Source of the DNA: Gammaproteobacteria bacterium
Lineage (GTDB): Bacteria > Pseudomonadota > Gammaproteobacteria > JABABF01
Assembly: GCA_965237805.1 (NCBI GenBank)
Contig: OZ250153.1
Coordinates: forward strand, 1,344,001-1,408,000
Reading direction: 5' to 3'
Length of the DNA: 64,000 nt
Part shown: in pieces, positions 59,141-64,000 of the stretch
Position numbering within the stretch: the first letter of the stretch is position 1
Layout: each line of letters starts with the position of its first letter
The notes under the pieces: generated by a model
What the model was told of the DNA's origin: nothing
Database searches by the model: none
What the model saw: only the letters and a program-made list of their open reading frames with translations
Made by a program: the position numbers and the translations under genes

Positions 59141-59270
59141 TATGCAAAATAGAAGTCAACTTCTATTTTTACATACTTCTAGTTAAAACAATGATATAAC
59201 ACTATAAAATGTAGGCATCATCGTGCTTTTAATTTTATAATATGCAATATAGAATTATTCTTCTATATTG
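59141..59270. promoter_or_regulatory. Two related palindromes 100 bp apart in an AT-rich intergenic region
   Basis: aaaatagaag-tcaa-cttctatttt (59146-59169) and caatatagaa-ttattc-ttctatattg (59245-59270). Both start within tatgcaa. Confidence 0.7.
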
Positions 59271-59405
59271 ACTAAAAGAGCTGATTTCGCTGTTATAACA
59301 AGCTATTAGACTGTTCGGATACCATCAGTCACCCTGTTACACTATCCTCAAGCCAGTGGTCCAGTCGCCAGCTGGCCACCCCTCTACGCCAGCCCCGCCC
59401 CCCGG

Positions 59406-60176
59406 ATGAGCCAACGTTTCCACCCCGACCGAGCCAGCAGCCTGTTGCTGTTGCTGTTGTTGCCACCCTTGCTGTGGCTTGGCCACTGGCAGACGCGTCG
59501 CGCCGAAGAGAAGCAGGATTGGCTCGACCAGCGCCAAGCGGCCCTGTCGGCACCGCCGCTGCGCTTGGCCGCGGCGCGGGAGCTGTTGCGGGACGGCCAG
59601 CACCTCGCCTTTCGCCGCCTGATCGTCGACGGCAGCTACGACCCTGAGATCACTTGGTATTTGGATAACCGTATCTTCCGCCGTCGCCCCGGCTTCGAGC
59701 GCTTGGGTCTGCTGCGCAGCGCCGGGGGCGGCGCGCTGGTGGTCAACCGCGGCTGGGTCGCGCCCGGGTCCGGCGGCCCGCGCGCGCTGCCGCCGAGCGT
59801 GATGCCGCCAAGCGCGCCGCTGCGCTTGGTCGGGGTGGTGCATGCCCCGCAGCGGGCACCCTTCGCGCTGGGCAGGCAGCCCGAGTCCGAGGGCTGGCCC
59901 AAACTCGTGCAGGTGGCTGAGGTGGCGGCCATGGCGCGCCAGCTGGGCGAGCCGCTGTTCCCCTATGTGCTGCGCTTGGATGCGGGTCAGCCCGGTGTCA
60001 CCCCGGCCAGCTGGCAGCGGCGGCTGCCGCCAGCGACGATCTCCCCGGAGCGCCACCGCGGCTATGCCTTCACTTGGTACACACTGGCGCTGGTGCTCTC
60101 GCTGCTGTGGCTGGCGCGCAGCTGGGGGCGCATTGAGGATGGCACCTCCGCCGCAGCGCCGCCGCCCGCCGCCTAG
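59406..60176 (+). CDS. SURF1 family cytochrome oxidase biogenesis protein
   Basis: LG.WQ..RAEEK, LDNR, LVVNRGWV, H.GYA.TWY.LA. Confidence 0.92.
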   Translation: MSQRFHPDRASSLLLLLLLPPLLWLGHWQTRRAEEKQDWLDQRQAALSAPPLRLAAARELLRDGQHLAFRRLIVDGSYDPEITWYLDNRIFRRRPGFERLGLLRSAGGGALVVNRGWVAPGSGGPRALPPSVMPPSAPLRLVGVVHAPQRAPFALGRQPESEGWPKLVQVAEVAAMARQLGEPLFPYVLRLDAGQPGVTPASWQRRLPPATISPERHRGYAFTWYTLALVLSLLWLARSWGRIEDGTSAAAPPPAA

Positions 60177-60184
60177 AAGCCGCA

Positions 60185-60799
60185 GTGAACGACGCAGCGC
60201 AGGTGCCGGAGCGGCGTCGGATACGGCGCGGGCGTTTATTGCTGCTGTTGATTCTCGGTCTGCCAGCCGTGCCGATCACACTGGCATGGCTCAGCTTCCA
60301 CACTGGCATCGGTGTGCCGGAGGAGCGGCGTAACCAAGGGATTTTGCTACACCCGCCGGTGTCCTTGGCAGGGCTACTGCCGCCACCGGTGGGGGACAAT
60401 CCGCAATGGACCTTGTTGCTATCGAATCAGGAGCAGCGCTGCGAGGACGCTTGCCGTCAACTGCTCTACCACACGCGGCAGCAGCACATCGCCCTCGGTC
60501 GGCGTTCTTGGCGTCTGCGCCGCATCTACTTGCACGGGGGTGAGCTGTCGCCCGCTGAGATCGAGTTCTTTGCCAGCGAGCACCCCGGTCTCGTCACCTT
60601 GCCGCCAGATGAGGCGCTATCCGCGCGTATGGAGGAACTGCGGGGGCGGGTGGCACCCCGTCACGGTGCGCCGCAGGCATTTTTGGTCGACCCGCGCGGT
60701 TTCGTGTTGCTGGCCTACGGTGTCGAGCACCAAGGCAAAGAGCTGTTGCAAGATCTGCTGATTTTGATGCGCGTCGATGCTGGCAGTGGCGGGAGTTGA
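60185..60799 (+). CDS. Conserved membrane-anchored cox-cluster protein (thioredoxin/SCO-like)
   Basis: N.G.LL.PP, C...C..LLY.TRQ...LGR, LVDP.G..LL.Y..L.DL. Usual neighbour of surf1. Confidence 0.75.
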   Translation: MNDAAQVPERRRIRRGRLLLLLILGLPAVPITLAWLSFHTGIGVPEERRNQGILLHPPVSLAGLLPPPVGDNPQWTLLLSNQEQRCEDACRQLLYHTRQQHIALGRRSWRLRRIYLHGGELSPAEIEFFASEHPGLVTLPPDEALSARMEELRGRVAPRHGAPQAFLVDPRGFVLLAYGVEHQGKELLQDLLILMRVDAGSGGS

Positions 60800-60824
60800 G
60801 GGAGCGGGGCTGATCCCACGTTAT

Positions 60825-60858
60825 AATTGATCTGGACACGATACTGGTGTCATCAATT
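60825..60858. promoter_or_regulatory. Inverted repeat upstream of the TA pair (candidate operator)
   Basis: aattgat..gacac-N7-gtgtc-atcaatt, overlapping TATAAT at 60822. Confidence 0.5.
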
Positions 60859-60897
60859 GCGTAGGGCACCAGAGTCAGGAGATGTGACCCGCACACC

Positions 60898-61659
60898 ATG
60901 AGCGATGATCTGCTCGCCATCTTGGCGGCTCCGCGGTACATTCCCGCCGATGTGGCGCGTTTTACAGGCTTGCACCCCCAGCGCGTAAAACGCTGGTTGC
61001 AGGGCTATGAGTACACATCACGCACCACCCAACGCACAGGCAAGGGTGTCACGCGACAGTTGCTATCCATGGTACCAGCATCGGGTAACCGACATCCTCA
61101 TCATGTGTCTTTTCTGGATCTACTCGATTTAAAGTTTGTCAAAGCATGCTTGGATGCGGGGGTGAGGCTCAGTGTGCGAAAAATCTGCGAACGACTGGCC
61201 AAAGCAAAGGAGATCTCTGGGGCAAGCGGGCAACTGTACACCAAGCAACAGTATTTCATTACATGGAAGCGTATCTATATGGAGGTAGATGGTCATCTGG
61301 AGCAGCTTCCTGACAAGCAGCGTGCACTTGACTCAGTCATAAGGCCAAGTGTCCAAGAAGTACAATTCGATCATAAACCTCCAGCTATGGTTCAAGAAAT
61401 TGAATCTGAAATTAAATTTGACCAGCAGACGCAGCTCGCTTACAAATGGTTCCCCAAGGACGGTCAGGGGCAGGTTGTGATCGACCCACAGATGGCTTTT
61501 GGTGCACCAGTAGTCAACGGCACGCGCATCAAGACAAATGTGTTGGCAGATCACGTCTTGATAGCAAAGCGCACCATAGATGATATTGCTAGCGATATGA
61601 GATTAAGGCCAGAGCAAGTGCAGGCCGCTGTTCTATTTGAACAAAAGTTGGCAGCGTGA
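60898..61659 (+). CDS. DUF433-containing antitoxin with N-terminal HTH (VapB45-like)
   Basis: Y...DVAR..G....V.RW, SFLDL, VVIDP..AFGAPVV.GTRI.T..L..IA....L..EQV.AAV.FE. Confidence 0.85.
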   Translation: MSDDLLAILAAPRYIPADVARFTGLHPQRVKRWLQGYEYTSRTTQRTGKGVTRQLLSMVPASGNRHPHHVSFLDLLDLKFVKACLDAGVRLSVRKICERLAKAKEISGASGQLYTKQQYFITWKRIYMEVDGHLEQLPDKQRALDSVIRPSVQEVQFDHKPPAMVQEIESEIKFDQQTQLAYKWFPKDGQGQVVIDPQMAFGAPVVNGTRIKTNVLADHVLIAKRTIDDIASDMRLRPEQVQAAVLFEQKLAA

Positions 61660-62075
61660 GCTCACCACTGCACGAACGTGATCCGCCACCATTCTATATA
61701 GATGAAAATCTGTCCCTTGATCTGGCTGCTGGCTTGTATGGATTTGGTGAAAATGTCCACCACGTGTCTCAGGTTCATGACCTTGGCCGCCAGACCAAAG
61801 ATGTGGATATTATCCGGTACGTCGATGAGCAGGGAGGTGTCCTGATCACGCAGGATCGACGTATTCTCAAACGACCTGAAGAGTTGCAAGCGTTCCGACA
61901 ATCTCGTATCGGCTACTTTGTGCTAATCGGCAAGCCTGCCAATGACGCATGGGCTGTCAAGCTGCTATTCGTCAAGCAGTGGCCCGAGATCAAACAACTT
62001 GCTAGCAAAACACAGCGTCCATTTGCCTATCGAATACGCCGCACAGGCGCGAAGCTAGAACCAATTCCCTGGTGA
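61656..62075 (+). CDS. DUF5615 PIN-like toxin (VapC45-like)
   Basis: FYIDENL, D.DI..Y......LITQDRRI..RP.E. GTGA overlap with the antitoxin. Confidence 0.85.
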   Translation: MSSPLHERDPPPFYIDENLSLDLAAGLYGFGENVHHVSQVHDLGRQTKDVDIIRYVDEQGGVLITQDRRILKRPEELQAFRQSRIGYFVLIGKPANDAWAVKLLFVKQWPEIKQLASKTQRPFAYRIRRTGAKLEPIPW

Positions 62076-62135
62076 CTGTTGATTCTCATCGCACTATGAA
62101 GGGTCGCACAGCATAAATCGCGTGGCGATTAACCC

Positions 62136-63173
62136 ATGACCCTGCGCCTCACCCTCTGGGCGCTGCCGCTGGCGCTGGCGACCATTGCGCTCGGTGCTTT
62201 CACGCGGCTGGCCGACGCTGGCCTCGGCTGCCCCGACTGGCCGGGTTGCTACGGCCACCTGCTGTGGCCTGACAGCGGTGCGGAGATCGCGCGCGCCAAC
62301 CAAGCTTGGCCCGAAGCGCCAGTGGATATCGCCAAGGCCTGGCCGGAGATGGTGCACCGCTACGCCGCTGGCCTGCTCGGTCTGATGGTCTTGGCCATCG
62401 CACTCAGCTGCCGGGGTGCTGTGCGCACTGCGGCGGCGCAGCCCCGGGGGCTGGCCCTCGGTCTCTTGGTGTTGGTGGGTTGCCAAGCGTTGTTCGGCAT
62501 GTGGACGGTGACGCTCAAGCTGTGGCCGCAGGTGGTGGCGCTACACCTGCTGGGCGGCTTCGCCACCTTGGCCTTGCTCGCACTGCTGGCGCTGCGCTGC
62601 GACCACGCTGCTGGTGGCGAGCTGTTCTGGCTGCGGCTCCTGCCGTCGCCGGGGGGTGCGCCGCTGGCACCACTACTGCCGTGGGCGCTCGCCGCCATGG
62701 TCTTGTTGGTGTTGCAGATTGCCCTCGGCGGCTGGACCACCGCCAACTACGCCGCACTGGCCTGTCCCGACCTGCCCAGCTGTCAAGGGCGCTGGTGGCC
62801 GCCCGCCGACTTCGCCGCCGGTTTCAATTTGGCGCAGTCGGTGGGGCCGAACTACTTGGGCGGCGTGCTGGACAATCCCGCGCGCATCGCCATCCACCTG
62901 GCGCACCGTATCGGTGCTGTCCTCTCCTCGCTCTATCTCGGTGGCTTGGCTTGGGCGTTGTGGCGGCGCGGGGCGCGCACCATGGCCGTGCTGTTGGGCA
63001 GCTTGCTGGGGGCACAGTTCGCCCTCGGTTTGGGCAATGTGCTGCTGGGCTTCCCGCTGTGGGTCGCCGTCGCCCACAACTTGGGTGGTGCACTGCTGCT
63101 GGTGGCGCTGCTGGCAGTCAACTACACACTGTGGACGGTGGCGCGAGGCACCCGCATGGCGAGTGTGCATTGA
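62136..63173 (+). CDS. ctaA: Heme A synthase (COX15/CtaA)
   Basis: GAFTRLADAGLGCPDWPGCYG, EMVHRY, HLLGG, ACPDLPSC, IHLAHR, AHN. Confidence 0.94.
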   Translation: MTLRLTLWALPLALATIALGAFTRLADAGLGCPDWPGCYGHLLWPDSGAEIARANQAWPEAPVDIAKAWPEMVHRYAAGLLGLMVLAIALSCRGAVRTAAAQPRGLALGLLVLVGCQALFGMWTVTLKLWPQVVALHLLGGFATLALLALLALRCDHAAGGELFWLRLLPSPGGAPLAPLLPWALAAMVLLVLQIALGGWTTANYAALACPDLPSCQGRWWPPADFAAGFNLAQSVGPNYLGGVLDNPARIAIHLAHRIGAVLSSLYLGGLAWALWRRGARTMAVLLGSLLGAQFALGLGNVLLGFPLWVAVAHNLGGALLLVALLAVNYTLWTVARGTRMASVH

Positions 63174-63380
63174 GTGGCGTGTCGCCAGTGTTCGTTGCGC
63201 TCTGCGGCCAGCTGTTCGGGCTTGCCAGCGCGTCATTAGCTGGCGTCGCCACCACGGGCGTTGTGTGGGGCGGGTGCTGCTGCCATCGCGGTTCCGCGTC
63301 GTGCTATGATGCCAACGCTTCGGTCGGTGCCTTCGCCCGATGGCTCCCAGCCGATGATTGCTAGGCGAGAAAGCCGCTCG

Positions 63381-64000
63381 ATGTCTACTGCCGCGCCGGT
63401 TCCAAACGCGCTTCCCCCCGCTGTGACAGATCCCGCCCAGCAGCTGCTCACCGAGGTCTTCGGTCACAGCGGATTCCGCTCTTACCAACGCGAGATCATC
63501 GATGTGGTGATGGCCGGGGGCGACGCGCTGGTGGTCATGCCCACTGGCGGCGGCAAATCGCTGTGCTTTCAACTGCCCGCCCTGTTGCGCGCTGGCTGCG
63601 CCATCGTCGTCTCGCCGCTGGTGGCGTTGATGGAAGATCAAGTCGGTGCCCTGCGTCAGTTTGGTATCAACGCTGCCTGCCTGCACTCGGGTCTTGAGCT
63701 GGCAGATCGCCGCCGCATCGAAAGCGATTTCGTGGCCGGGGGCTTGGACTTGCTCTATGTCGCACCAGAGCGCCTGCTCGGCACCAATTGTTTGGCGCTG
63801 CTGGAGCGCACCGAATTGGCGTTGATCGCCATCGACGAGGCGCATTGCGTGTCGCGCTGGGGGCACGACTTCCGCCCGGAGTACTTGGAGTTGGCGATGT
63901 TGCGAGAGCGCTTTCCCGGCGTGCCCTGCATCGCCTTGACAGCCACCGCTGACTTGCGCTCCCGCGATGAGATTGCCGATGCGCTGGCGCTGCAATCCCC
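63381..64000 (+). CDS. recQ: ATP-dependent DNA helicase RecQ (partial)
   Basis: VFG..GFR.YQ.EII, MPTGGGKSLCFQLPAL, SPL.ALMEDQV, YVAPERL, IDEAHCVSRWGHDFRPEY, ALTATA. Confidence 0.96.
   Translation, partial: MSTAAPVPNALPPAVTDPAQQLLTEVFGHSGFRSYQREIIDVVMAGGDALVVMPTGGGKSLCFQLPALLRAGCAIVVSPLVALMEDQVGALRQFGINAACLHSGLELADRRRIESDFVAGGLDLLYVAPERLLGTNCLALLERTELALIAIDEAHCVSRWGHDFRPEYLELAMLRERFPGVPCIALTATADLRSRDEIADALALQS

Overview
High-GC gammaproteobacterial chromosomal segment with a divergent 16S and shuffled gene order. The scrambled synteny, tRNAs lacking an encoded CCA, a TPR array and many gene fragments suggest a host-associated lineage, but that is inference. Core genes present: polA (partial), erpA, fdxA, moaA/moaB/moeA, smpB, msrA, birA, coaX, ispB, pgi, manB-galU-manC, fabA-fabB, an alanine/glycine symporter, yaaA, an aa3/caa3-type cytochrome oxidase cluster and recQ (partial). 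Notable items: (1) a 16S rRNA + tRNA-Ile unit with no 23S behind it; (2) a complete type IVb pilus operon of the PAPI-1/PFGI-1 ICE type, headed by a DUF2857 (BisC-like) gene, with no conjugation, relaxase or integrase genes nearby. It carries a leaderless pilin and a short PilV followed by a separate Cys-rich secreted protein. (3) A three-domain glycosyltransferase fusion. (4) A voltage-gated channel with an unusual TFDNW filter, an orphan methyltransferase and a broken FRG-TPR gene in a row. (5) About 9 kb of cargo inside the cox cluster, punctuated by four pieces of the small DUF2909 gene. It holds a GT2, a fragment of a plant RGP/GT75-like mutase, two diverging GT87-like copies, and IS5 and LLM fragments joined at microhomologies. 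All calls are from reading the sequence; no searches were run.
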